Origin: Curvularia clavata
Lineage: Eukaryota
Length of the DNA: 64,000 bases
Direction: 5' to 3'
Assembly (NCBI GenBank): GCA_023920165.1
Contig: CP089275.1
Coordinates: forward strand, 4,216,001-4,280,000
This document shows positions 23,705 to 36,100 of this stretch, piece by piece; position 1 is the first letter of the stretch, and each line of letters starts with the position of its first letter. Position numbers and translations under genes: made by a program. Under the pieces are notes generated by a model. It did no database searches. It was given only the letters and a program-made list of their open reading frames with translations, and had not been told where the DNA came from.

Positions 23705-26155
23705 ATGAGCTACGAACGCTACTTGATGAATCTATTCAGCTTCTACGACTTGGAATACTTTTCGCCCGAAATGCACGACGTGACTCCGAGTCGCGAATGT
23801 AGCCCTTCCGGCTTCGATCCGCTCAATCAACCAAAGCCCAGGGCTTCGGCAAGCCAGAACAGCATGCTACTCAAACTTCCTGATGACATCTTCAAGTGCG
23901 TCATGGACTACTTAGATCGCGACGCCGCTTGGAGTCTGAAACGGTTGTGCAAGGGCATGGCGAACAGCGTGACAGTGAACCAACTGCTCTACAGATACCC
24001 CATACAGCTGAACGACGTGCGTGACATCAGGCTGGGTGATTGGAAGTACAGGAGCATCGGCAGGATACGTTGGATCAACTTCATGGACAGCATCAATGAC
24101 TCCAACCGCCGACACGTCCACAAATTGGCAATGTCGCACTGGGCAAGCATCGACGACTTCAAGTGGATAGAAGATAACCTGCCTTGCCTCACCAGTCTCG
24201 ACATATCAGCCATCAAAGACTTTGTCTGGACGCCCGAAGAGACATGGACGTGGAAAATGCTAGCGGAGGCTTGTCCCCGGCTATTTGGACGTTTGGAGGA
24301 GCTAGAGGTAGCAAACTGGGCAGACTACACTGCACACTCTCGCATTGAATACAGCTATTCATACCAGGACTATCGCTTCAAACAAAGCTTCCGGATATCC
24401 CGCCGACGCGACGGCGGATCCGTGGCCAACGCCATCTTCCCGATATGCACGCGCCTCAAGACACTTGCAATACGCGAGCGATATTCGGGCTTTCAGTGAG
24501 TTATGCGCTCGCATCTCCCTTGATCCATGCTAACCTCTCGGCCCAGCACCTGGAATGAATGGGAAGTACATCAACGTGTTTGCTGCCTTGTGGATGGCGT
24601 GCAGAAGTATTGCCCAGAGACCATGACGAAGCTTAGAGTACACGACTACGCACCCTACCGATCGCTCTTTTCAACAGATGCCACCAAGTGGTCACATATC
24701 AAAGATGTTGAGATTGGTCTCTACTCCTGGATGGAGGACCGCCGAGACAGGGACGTAATCGGGCCAATCCCATACAGGATAACCCAAGGTCATCACCATC
24801 GCGACGAGGAGGAGGCATTCGACGACAAGACATTTGACGCATGTGAGCGGGATCACATGGTTCTCGGTAACCATGTTGTCCAAGGCGTCGGTGCGTCGTT
24901 TGAAGACTTGCTTCAGAGTCTCCAGACTATATCCAAGAAATACCCCAACATCAACATCCAGCCGATTCGAAATCTCCGGAACATCACGCTGCACCCCTTT
25001 CATCTCGTCAACGTCATGCAACGACGCAATCATTTTGGTCAACCTCCGCAGCAACTGAACGACCCAGGACTGAACGACCCAGGACTGAACGACCCGAGTG
25101 CTAAACCTGAAGTGCAGGAGGCCCTACGATGGCTCGCGCGTGAGTGTGACTGGAAGCCGGTTCTAGCTTGGGAAAGCATGATGTGCGATGTCTTCCCTGC
25201 AAATCTCGAGCCCAACCGAACCTTTCTGCCCAAACCAGATATTCTCTCACGCATACAGACCATGGTAGAACGGTTGAGAAGCCTTGACATACCCATTCGT
25301 ATCTCCATAGGTGACCGAGGCAATACGTGTCCCTCATCAGGCTTGGATGGTAGCCTGTACTTTGGTCCCTTCAAGACTTTTGTTGGCGAAGGCGCCGAGA
25401 GACATGAAGTATTGCTCCCCACCCAGGCAGTCTTTAGTCTCACACCCATTGCTTCCATGGTAGATGAGCTAACAATCCAATACCCTGCCGATGTTCCAGG
25501 CGTTTCAGGCTGGCTTCGAGCAAAACGTCCTACGCCTGCGGAGAAAGCACTCATGGAGCGTGAAATGATTGGCTGGCGTCGTTTCTGGATACGCTATGCG
25601 TCACAGTTCAAGAACTTGAAGAAACTTACCGCAAATGTGCCAAACGACATCTACGAAGATTGGGGCAAATCCGAACTTGTCACACTCCTTCAGGATGAGC
25701 GTTGGCAGATGTTGGAGGTAGAAGACAAACAAGACTGCACATTCAGCAGTTACTTTCCGTTCAACAGTCCTTCAAACTTGCGGTACAGATTTCCAAGAAA
25801 CCGCAGCAAGACCAAGTTTGCTCAAAGAGTGTTCTTCCGGCTCGATAATGAGCCACTAAATCTTGTGTTGGCTCAGCCGGAGCTGAATGACAAGGAGAGG
25901 GAAGAAAGGGATATTACAGAGGAGATGATCCAAGAAAGCGAGTTTTCCTGTCGGACTAGTCATGGACATCGTTTCTGGGAGAGAAAACAAAGCGAGGAAA
26001 GGTTAGTGGGAAAGCCGGAAGAGAACGATGGCAAGAGGAAGTGGTCTGAGCATGAGGAGAATGGGGCCGATGGAGAAAGCGCGACAGAAGAGATGGAAGT
26101 CAAGCGACAGAGGTTTGTCCGAGAGCATTTTGGGGAGTTTATTCGTAACATGTAG
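23705..26155 (+). CDS. Fungal protein of about 800 aa with an N-terminal F-box-like motif; function unknown
   Basis: LLKLPDDIFKCVMDYLDRDAAWSLKRLCK followed by LRR-like segments (LPCLTSLDIS, LEELEV, LKTLAI). Intron 24496-24546 (GTGAGT...GCTAAC...CAG) joins two long ORFs. Confidence 0.75.
25054..25095 (+). repeat. 15-bp coding tandem repeat (CTGAACGACCCAGGA)x~2.8, encoding LNDPG LNDPG LNDP
   Basis: Read directly in the DNA and the translation. Confidence 0.85.
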
Positions 26156-26212
26156 GTACATTTGAAAGGAGGGGGGGTCAATTTTGGCGAACATGGGACC
26201 CACGCACACATT

Positions 26213-26227
26213 TATATATATATATAT
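26213..26227. repeat. (TA)n microsatellite
   Basis: tatatatatatatat in the 3' region of the F-box-like gene. Confidence 0.75.
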
Positions 26228-26603
26228 GCATGGGAAGGGGCACTTTATACCTAGATAAACATAGTTTCAGTTTAATAATGAACAAACGTTCACATTCAGC
26301 AACAAGTTGAAGGAAGCGAGGAGTGTCCGTCCAAGTGAAAACAAGAGACCAGGAAAAGGACTCGACAGGCCGTGGAGTTATAGGAATGCAGACAAGAAAA
26401 AACGCTGCTAAGCCAATGAACGAACCGCATGCACGCCCTGCCGGTATGACAAAACCCACCTAACCCGTGGAAACCAGAGATCCAAAAACATCAAACTCCG
26501 TCCAGTTAGGCATTGAAATGACAAGAACAGAAACAACTCCGCCTAGCACCCTTTCTATGTACATGTCCGTGTGTATATATGTCTGTGTGTCATGATCAAA
26601 CGT

Positions 26604-28910
26604 TTACTCATCAAGTTTGCTCATGCCACTCTTCGCTCTCTTGGGACTGCTAGTCCGACTCTTGATTCTCTCACGACTGACTGTCCTGCTCAACTCAAAC
26701 GCACCGGGCGGGCCGAGGCCCAGTCCCCTACCCTCCCTTGTCAGGTCGCCCGGGGTACTGCCAAAGTAGTTGGGCGTACCCACAGGTTCCGTCTTGATTT
26801 GCGGTGTAGCCCATCCACTGGTCCGTCCAAGTTTAGACTCCTCGGAAGAATCAGAAAGTTCGTTGTCACTGGAGTCGAAGTGCGTTTCTTCAAGCTCGAA
26901 CTCGTTTGCTAATTCGCCGTCTTCCAGGTCGACACGCTCGTAGGGCTGTTGGTTCGATGAGGAGCCGCCAAGACCAAACAACTTGGCAGGGAAACTGCGA
27001 CCACGGCGACGGTGCAAGGGGTCTTTCCCTTGCTTGCCCTTGAACAACCTACTGATGGACTGCTTGACTGCGTTCCTCCGCTCTTTACCCAACACCAGGC
27101 AGAAAATTACGATGACAATGACGATCATGATGAAGAAGCCAGGTATCTGTTGTGGGTTTTCGACGAAGAGACGATGCCAGTTGCTGTCCGACTCGTAGGG
27201 CTTGGGGATACCTCCTGGATATTGGAAATCTGCCGGTATACCAGGGGCATTTGATCCGAAGCCGACTGCCAATGCTTCTTCCGAGGGCGGCGGAACCTCA
27301 CTAGAAGCGTACAGAACCATTTTCCCAAGCGTCCAGCTGAGTTCCACTTCCTTGATCTTATTTACAGCCTGGAAAGGGTCTGTGAAACCTTTTGCTTTCG
27401 CATTGTCGAGCACGGCTTTGGTGGTGTTCTGGCTGCCATCCAGACCCTCTATTCCGACTCGTGGAACACCGATGCCATCGTGTAACATGCTGATGATCCA
27501 GGAAGCCTTGAAGCAGACCTCGCGCGCTTTGTCTAGGTCAACCTTTTTACCCCACTTCTCCTTCTTGACACCCTTCTCGATGCTCTTCCAGTCTTGGTTA
27601 CAGAATTCATTCACACGCTCTTGGTAAGTCTTGAAATCGTACGCCTTGTCCTTGTGCTTATGCTCGAAGATTTCGTGGGTCGTGTGCCAGTATTCGGACA
27701 CACCCACGAAGTGGTTGACACTGAAGTCGATAGCAGGAACGTGTTGGCCGTTGATTAAGCACGGCGAATCTGTGCATTCCTTTTCCTTTTCCAGTAACGG
27801 ATATGTCTGGTGAAGGCATTCAGAAAATCGTCCAGTTCCTACGAGTTCCGCCGCAGCCTTTGGTTTTGGTTTGTCATCGTCGTCGTCGTCGTCGTCGTCC
27901 GAGTCAATGAATTTTCCCTCTTTGGTCACCTCCACCTTTAACCCTGCGGGTAAGCAAGGATCAGGGAGTTCCCTCTCGTCACTTGAGTCCAACAACGCCT
28001 TCACATATCGCTCCCGTGCCTGATTCACACCAAATCCCAACCATGTGGTCACAAAGACCTTGTGCTCGATTGGTGTGCCGTCCAGTGTTCGCAGTCGTAG
28101 CAAGGTCAAATCGTCTGCATGCTTTTCAGCTTCAGTTGCGTTGGGCGCAAAAGCGATCTGTGCCGAGGCCCCTCCCATATCCAAAAATCCATATGTGCTA
28201 TGGCCCTTGCCATGTTGATGGTCCTTGGGCCTGTCGAAGCCTCCGAGCAAGTAATTTGCTGCTATCCAACCATATAGTCCTTCGGTTTCGCCTGGTATGA
28301 CCTGGACGTGTAGATCGCAATCGGGTAGCTGGAACTCAGTCGTACTTCGTGCAAACTGGCAAACTTCGTTGAGGACTTGGTTGCGCTGTCGCTCAGGCAA
28401 AATGCGCATGCCTGCGGTCGCAAGCAAGAAGAGAGGTGTATTCGGGACTTCGTCGAGGGGCACATGCTTGAGCGCATGGCTGAGGAGTTTGTCAAGATGT
28501 TCAGGACCAACCTGGTGAGGGTGTTCGCCAAAGGTGGAGATACCTGGACCATTGCGCATTAGCCCAGCTTGCGACCACATGTGTCTCCAAGCCGACTTAC
28601 CAGGATGTATCTTTTTAGTCCACTTCTTATCCGTCTCTATGACGGGCAGACTGTGTAACTGAGCATCCGTGGCCTTGTTGCGGGCTGCGTTGTTGTTCAG
28701 CCAGCGGTAGATATGGACGCGCGTCCCCTTTGAGCTTGTTAGCTACAGCGCTGCGATAACGACGACCCAACTGCCCAGGCAACGTACAGAGGACCCAGCG
28801 TCCAGGACTACACCATATCTCCCTGTAAAAAACCATGTCGTCAGCTTTCAATGCTTGTGTCGGGCGCAGGGCCAGGAGTTGAGGAGGGGGTGCGGCGTAC
28901 ACTTTCCCAT
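26604..28910 (-). CDS. YND1: Golgi apyrase (GDA1/CD39 family)
   Basis: Spliced N-terminus MGKWRYGVVLDAGSSGTRVHIYRW; ATAGMR, GETEGLYGWIAANY, DMGGASAQIAF and SWTLG motifs; C-terminal TM helix plus long tail. Introns 28823-28900, 28728-28787, 28544-28600. Confidence 0.93.
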
Positions 28911-29673
28911 GGGGAGTGTTGGGGTTGAGGGCGTTTATGAAGCAAAGCGCATGCGAAAACAGCAGCGGATAGTGATTACAAAATGTACGTGGGAAGTGGA
29001 CGGGGGCGGCGCAGCCGGGAGCGAAGCAGAGGGGTTAGGAGAAGCGAGCGACGTGAAGAGAGAGAGGAAGCGTTGAAGGCCGTAAAGGATGTGGGTAGAG
29101 GATTGGAGTGACATCTGGACCCTGGTCAGCGGTGCTTCCAGAAGGCGCAGCGATCAGCGTCCCACGCCCGCCGCGACGACGACGTTTGACGGGGCCGACG
29201 AACAGCCAACCACGAGCCGTTGAAGACTAGACCCTAACCACTCAGCGGCCGTCGCCCCCAGCTGCCCGTCCATGGCATGACGCCATATGTCGTCGCCATT
29301 GCAACCAAACATACGTACGCCGTTACCAGGTGGTACTGTTGAAGTGGAGAATGCAATGCCGCCTCCCTGCATGCCTTTGACAGTTGACGGCTTGGGCCTG
29401 TAAAGTCCGAGTAGAACGAATGTACTGCATAACCGCTTCGCAGCATACTAATAATGCATAGATAGGCCTCGCGTTCCAAAATAGTTACCGCATCAGCCAG
29501 CCATGCACAAGTACACACTGGCACCCATTGCCGGCCGTTTTCAGTCAGCCCGTCCCTCTAGCGTGCGAAGATAACGACAAAGTTTTGACAAAAAGATGGG
29601 CTAGCTCACGCCGTGGATGCACAGACCCCATCACCGGCGTCTGGCGCGAGCCCAAAAAAATTGGAGTAGCTTG

Positions 29674-29758
29674 TGACCTCGAGGCGATTTGAACGCCTAA
29701 CCTTCAGGATGCTCCAGAGAAACTGGAATCTGACGCGCTACCATTGCGCCACGAAGCC
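29674..29758 (-). tRNA. tRNA-Trp (anticodon CCA) with a 13-nt intron
   Basis: Reverse complement GGCTTCG TGGCGCAATGGTAGCGCG TCAGA TT CCA G [TTTCTCTGGAGCA] T CCTGA AGGTT AGGCG TTCAAAT CGCCT CGAGGTC A folds as a cloverleaf with A and B boxes; T7 Pol III terminator at ~29654-29660. Confidence 0.95.
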
Positions 29759-30035
29759 AGTCTTGTTGTTTGGTTATTTTGATATTTTTGTACAATATAT
29801 AGTTATCAAACCTGCTGCTTGGCTGTTGTGTTCGTCATGCTCAGAATGATTTTTGCCATCTGGCCAACATGGTCGCTAACCGACGAATCAACAAACCCTT
29901 TGCGATTGCTGGGACATCACATCCTTGGCGGCAGGAGCCTAGATTCATTACGCTTGTTTACTTGTCTGGATAGTTTTATCAAGTGCAGTCTTGTCATTTC
30001 CATTGACATGAACAGAATTTCACTAGAAACCTGTC

Positions 30036-30922
30036 CTAGTCCTCAAGTAGAAAACGAAGGAAAGCCTTTGCAATGACAAGTCCATCGTGGTGATTTCCCA
30101 CTCTCTCCAGTGCGTCCCTCGCTTGCTCGTCTTCAAAGATACCTTGTTCCGCCCTCATCTTGACCAGATGCGAGACAATAGGCTCCGTGAACTCGGGATG
30201 TCCTTGCACAGAAATGAGCCTGCCTTTCTTGTACATGCCCTGTACCAAACAACGGGGTGATCCACCAAGTTTTTCTACATCTGCAGGGTACTCGAACACC
30301 ACGTCCCTGTGCATTTGGTGGATTGCCTAGCAGCATGGTCAGCAGTTTCGATTGCTCAGAACTCAAAACATGGGGCAACGTACAAGTGTGTCTTGCTGAA
30401 AAATCTCCTTGCCCTTGGCGGTAAGTTGGACGGGCAGCACCGAAATCTCCCATCCATCATCGCTACGCCCAACTTTGGCTCCTGCAGCCCTTCCAAGAAT
30501 CTGGTGGCCAAAGCAAACACCAATCACCCGAACGCGGTCCTGCGCGAGTAACTTCTGGGTAAACTCGACCAACTTTACGATCCAAGGGTCATTGTCAAAC
30601 GAGTTGTGCTCTGATGATAACCTTAGTCACAATGCTTCCTGATGCAAAAATCGTCACATTACTCACTCGAGCCCGAGATTAAAACTGCGTCTACTTTTTC
30701 CAGGTCGGGATACTCCTGCGCAGTGACGACGTCGAATGCGCTCAACTCCAGGTCCTGTTTCGGAGATAAGCCCAGCGCCTCGGCCGCTGCTTCAAGCAAC
30801 GTCGCAAAGATGCGGTCATATCGACCATACTTTTCGACAACAGCTGGTGGCGGTATGTCGCATTCGAGAATCGCTATACGCAAGGGAGTCTTCATGTTTG
30901 ATGGTGTTGATGCTGAAGCCAT
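30036..30922 (-). CDS. Class I glutamine amidotransferase-like protein (YLR126C-like)
   Basis: LRIAILECD, DAVLISGSKHNSFDNDPW, nucleophile motif GVCFGHQI, HQMHRD and SVQGHPEF; introns 30611-30666 and 30327-30383; alternative start 30895. Confidence 0.88.
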
Positions 30923-31162
30923 ATCGAGGAGCCAGCCATCAGTGCCTTGATAGCGGAAAACAACGGCGATTTCGGAAGGTCCTAGCGCTGACGATCATTA
31001 GCACCTGTCTTCACGCGGCTGAGAAGCCGTATCCATGTACCCCATCTCCCTCCTACCTAGATTCCTCCATTTGGAACCTGACTTGGCATCAAGGTTCGTG
31101 CCGCTATCGGAGGAGCCGTCCGTCTTTGTCGAGCCTGCAAAGCTTCTAAACAACCTTCTGCC

Positions 31163-33158
31163 ATGCCATCATCTCCCTCAGAGCGGACACCGCTTCTTCG
31201 CTCTGCATCCCAAAATAGAAAAAATAGTCCTGTCCTGGCCGGAGATGAAATTGTAGCTGCAGAGGTGGTGCGCCAGGGAGAAGGAGCCGCACCCCAATTC
31301 CCAGACTTGGGAGTTGATGAGAATCCGCATGATCAACCGGCTGCACATGGTCACAACTCGGCACAAGAAACGGAAGACTTGGTCAAGTTTGAAGAGAATG
31401 GAAAGCTGCAGGGTGTCGGGGTCTGGAGATTCAGATGCGTGTTCGGTGGGATTCTGTTAGGATATTTTGTAAGTTTCATGGGATACCCCTTCTGCAACCA
31501 CTTCTGTAGTAGGTTTGCTGATTGCACCATGTTAGATTGCCATGTTTGACTCTACACTGATGGCTTCAAGCCATCCAGTCATTACATCCTACTTCCATGC
31601 CTCAAACTCAGCATCTTGGCTATCAACAGCTTTCCTGCTTACCTCCACCTCACTCCAGCCTTTGATGGGCCGGTTCTCAGATACATTTGGCCGTCGGCCG
31701 TTGTATTTGGCCGGGCTCGCCCTACTTGCAGCAACGACTGCATGGTGTGCCCTTGCACAGAGCATCGGAAGTTTCATTCTTGCGCGGGCCTTTTGTGGCA
31801 TTGGCGCTGCTGGCGTGCTGTCCATGGGCAACATTATGACCAATGACCTTGTTAGCATAGAGGTGCGAGGTACATACCAGGCGTATATCAATTTGTTCTA
31901 TGGAGGGGGATCTGCCTGCGGAGCCGCATTTGGTGGGTTTCTATGCGACAAACTCGGATGGCGAATGACTTTTGCTCTTCAAGTGCCTGTCATTCTTATC
32001 TTGTTGATTAACGCCATCTTCATGACGCCGTCTAATCTTGGGCCTGATCTAGCAAGACGTTTTGGACTAGGCTTTCGAGACGCCATGGATGGCTTTGATA
32101 TCGCTGGATCAATCTTGCTAACCGTCTCGGTTGCATTTCTAATTCTAGGCCTGAATCTCGGGGGCAACGTTTACCCATGGAAGCACTGGATCGTCATCAC
32201 TTCGCTTGCCATAGCACTTGCAACCGGCGTTGTGCTTATCAGAGTCGAGTCGAGGGCTGCACGAGCAGTTATGCCACTGCCCATGTTATTCAGCAAACCA
32301 CGCGGCAACCTCGTCTTCAACAATTTCTTCGCTCAAATCGGCATGAACACAATCCTGTTCAACGCTCCGCTATACTTTCAAGCTGTCGAACTCGAGACTG
32401 CATCTGTATCGGGTTTCCGTCTGGCAGGTCCTTCGGTTGCCCTGACCGTCTGCGGCGTGTCAGCTGGCTTCATCATGACCGCAACGGGCCGCATGAAGTG
32501 GCTCATTGTTGTTGGGTCACTTTCGATGCTGTTAGGTGCCACATGTCTCTCGTTGATGTTCCATGTGCCGAAATGGCTCGCCACGGTCTTCTTGGTCCCA
32601 TCAAGCATTGGTCAAGGCCTCAGCTTCCCTGCAACAAGCCTGGCTGTTCTTGCGACGAGCACTCAGGAAGACCAGGCCGTGATGAGTAGTACACTTGTTT
32701 TGTGGCGCAGTTTGGGTATTGTCATGGGTGTCTCGCTGAGCAGTCTCATCTTGCAGAATGCATTGGCAGCTTATCTTGATAGACTAGTCACTGGTCAAGA
32801 CAAGGTCGAGGTACGTGGGAGACTAAATAGCTGACGACTTTGTATGTGAAGCACATCCGAGCTGACAGGCCTACACAGATTATTCAACGTGTCCGTAGCT
32901 CAGTCCGCAGCATAATTGACCTGGACCATCAACATCAAAATCAAGGCATGTGCACCCACAATCCTCCAGTACTTCAAAGTTCCCACCATTGACACATTGT
33001 CCACAGTTATTGAAGCCTACAGTCGTAGCCTACGCCTAGTGTTCATCTCGGCAGCTGTCATATTTGTCATTGTCAATGCACTGGTTTTTTCTATTGAACT
33101 ACCGCACTTGAAGAAAAAGGAGACTAGCTCAGAAATTGGCGAGGAAGATGAAAGGTAA
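31163..33158 (+). CDS. 14-TM MFS transporter, DHA2 / vacuolar basic amino acid transporter (Vba)-like
   Basis: N-terminal SERTPLL (vacuolar dileucine-type signal); ASWLSTAFLLTSTSLQPLMGRFSDTFGRR; ARAFCGIGAAG. Introns 31469-31535, 32811-32878, 32946-33006 (GC-AG). Confidence 0.87.
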
Positions 33159-36100
33159 TCTACTGTAATTTAATCGAGCCGCATCGAGAGTAGGGTTGTA
33201 CTGCTTTTATGCTACCAAAACATAATATGGGCGGTGAGACTGTGCGGGAAGGTAGCGCGGACGAGCGGGAACTTGGATACCTGGTTTGAGATGTTGCGGT
33301 GTACACGTATGGGACTTGACGGATACAGGCGTAAGCGAGGCAAAAAGGTTAGGAGAGCAGCAAGGCAGATTCGTGACGGTCCAAGAATAAGAAATATATG
33401 AGACCGCCTGGCTATAAGTGGCGGGTCTTGCTTTTCAGGTAGCGGCGGCCGTTCCGGTAGACTGTAGGACTTTTTGGTGAAAAGCCAATGTGACTGATCA
33501 CACTCCATTAGGATGCTACCAATGATCTGTACCATCAGTCTGTGATACTGTGCCCTGACCAGCGATCTGTAGCTTCTCGTAATCTACATGCTACAACGCC
33601 TCATGAGCTTATCGCCAAGTTCGCCGAGTATAGCATGAACAAAGCCATGGTGGACAGGAGTGTGACACCATGGTTTGAAGTCTCTCTCTCTTTCTCTCTC
33701 TCAGTTCGTGGCGTCCGTAAAGCAAGAAACCCTCACTTACGTAAGTAGGTTGCAGCATCAGTCTCTCGACAGTGGACGCACAGAACATGTGAAGACTGAC
33801 TGGAACCTACATTGTCTATTCGAGAGATTGTCAGTACCCGTGCCATAATGACGGCATAACACTGCCTGATTTTTGTGATTGGGTCCTAATACTAACTCCT
33901 AAGCGGTACTCTTATGCTAGTATGTCAACCCCGGTCCTTAGTCAATAGCAAATGCGGCACTTGCCTTCTCCCATGCGCAGCTAGAGACACAGCTGCTCTG
34001 CCAAGTATGCAGGCAACAGCGGACAGAAACAGACTTAGTCGGCTTCTGATAGCCCCGATCTCAGAAATGCTGGCTACACACTCTAACTGGACTGACTCTG
34101 GCCTGTTGGAGCCTTTGCAATCATGGTTGACTGACTTGATATGCCGAGTATTGGTCGAGGGGCAAGATGCGGGGGCTGTGCAAGGCCGGGCAAGGGGCTA
34201 GCCGGTTTCGGATAGGCGACCGAAGCAAGCTCCGGTGTGGTTCGCTACAGGGAATCACTGCTCGAAACATGGAATGCGTGACGAGCATCTTGGCCGCGAG
34301 AGGATCTTGTTTCCGATGCTCGCTTGGCCGTTTGGATAGAAGGCGCGAAGGTGTTTCAAGCCCTCTGGATGAAGTTTTGTGACCGGGTGATTCGAACCGC
34401 ATGGTGGCGAAACCTGGCTAAGGCTCGGGTTCTGGACTCCATGGTAGCTTGCTGGGTGGGTTGTCGGGCAATACTCCAGAGACGGCAATGATGTAGATGG
34501 AACTTGGCAAGGCACAATCCAAGTGCAGTTCATGTTGCTGAATGAGAACAAGTTGCCAAATACAGTGCTTAGCTGAATCAGCATTCTAAGAGCCGTCAGG
34601 CTACCCGTCCACCCGTTTTACCCAACTCAGCATAGCGAATGGTGGCTTCGCTGACAGCATCTGCCTGGTCTCTAGGCGCGCTGTTGTCCATGGAAAGAGC
34701 TCAAGGCCTTCAAGGCGCAGTTGTGCCCAGGTTGTGGATGAAGTGTGTGAGATGATTTGTTTCCGGTGTGGACGACTAATTGGGCAAGCGGTTTTACACG
34801 ATTGCGTGTCCTGGCTCACATCAGCGTTATACATACCGTTCATCTTGCTGCGCCTATCATTCTACAGGTTGAATACATGATGGCCTCTGTTTGCATCCTG
34901 GCATTTAGATTTGAGGGAATATTGATGACTCGCCGAAACACTACAGATCATGCTGTGTTGAACCTCGTCTCTATTGATTATTCTTGGTTGGGCTTTGCTG
35001 TATCTGCCATATACGAACAAGGCTATGAGTATGTCGAGCTTCGGGCAACTGCCATACAGCCATTAATAGAGATATTGACGTCATGGACAGGTAGATTCTC
35101 AATGAATGTCAGTATGTTAGGCGCTTATTTCTAAGTACGTATAAGCGCGAAGATCTGGGGGCTGATGTGCAGGTACAGAGTTGCTGCAGGGGCTATCGGG
35201 GGCCAAAAGATAATTTGTGTAGTAAGAATAGAATCTCCGTACCTATAGATCTGAGAAGTAAAATACTGAGCTGAGGAAAAAGGAATGAGTGGCAGAAAAG
35301 GCATTTTATATGCGAGGAAGATGCCGCTTGCTTGTACGACGCTTTTTCCTGTCTGGTTCAAGGGCGTGCATGTAAAATGCATCTCATCCTACAGAGACGG
35401 CGGAACATCTGCCAAGCTGCTTGCAAACGTACAGAAGATCAGATGTTCTTCTACTATGGTGTATGAGGGGGATTGGCAAAGTGCGTGCACTGTGCATTTG
35501 TTCTATTTGCATCTTTTTGGTTGAGGGGGTGTAAACATCTCTCTCGCACGTGCTGATTGGCTGTGTTATGACGACGGCGCTTAGTAGGCGCCAGCCGACC
35601 GTTTCCCAGACCCTAGATTGCTATTACTGCAATTTCCCAATGGAATCAAGCTCATGAGGCTTTTCTGGAATAGTTTGCTGTAGCTAGACGACGGCGTCAT
35701 TGCAGTTCAGCGGGGTAGGTGCATCACCTGCCAACAGTGCTAGAGGTGGGGGGATGTTGGCAAGGAGCCCTTCTAAGCACGTCCCCTGCTCCGGGAGGAT
35801 GCTCGAGTGTTATCAAAAACAACACCAAAAGCTAGGATAAATTTCTTTTCCCTGTCCATGCCTGAAACACAGAACTGGCATGTTCTGTATATTACTGTTG
35901 CAGGCACAGCACTGTCGTTCGTGAACCAATGGTGCCAAGAATCGGGGAAGCGGCCTGGGAACTTGTGAAGCATGTCAAGACCTCACTATGTGCAGCAAGC
36001 CTCCAAAGACGGCAGTGAGAAGCTTGGACTTGACCATTGTACTCTTTTTTGCCGACATGGCATCCATGCCGGTGGGTTTTCTTCTTCTCTCTTTTTCTGT

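Noticed and set aside
27875..27900. (GAC)n repeat encoding poly-Asp in YND1
   Set aside because: Ordinary coding microsatellite in a presumed loop.
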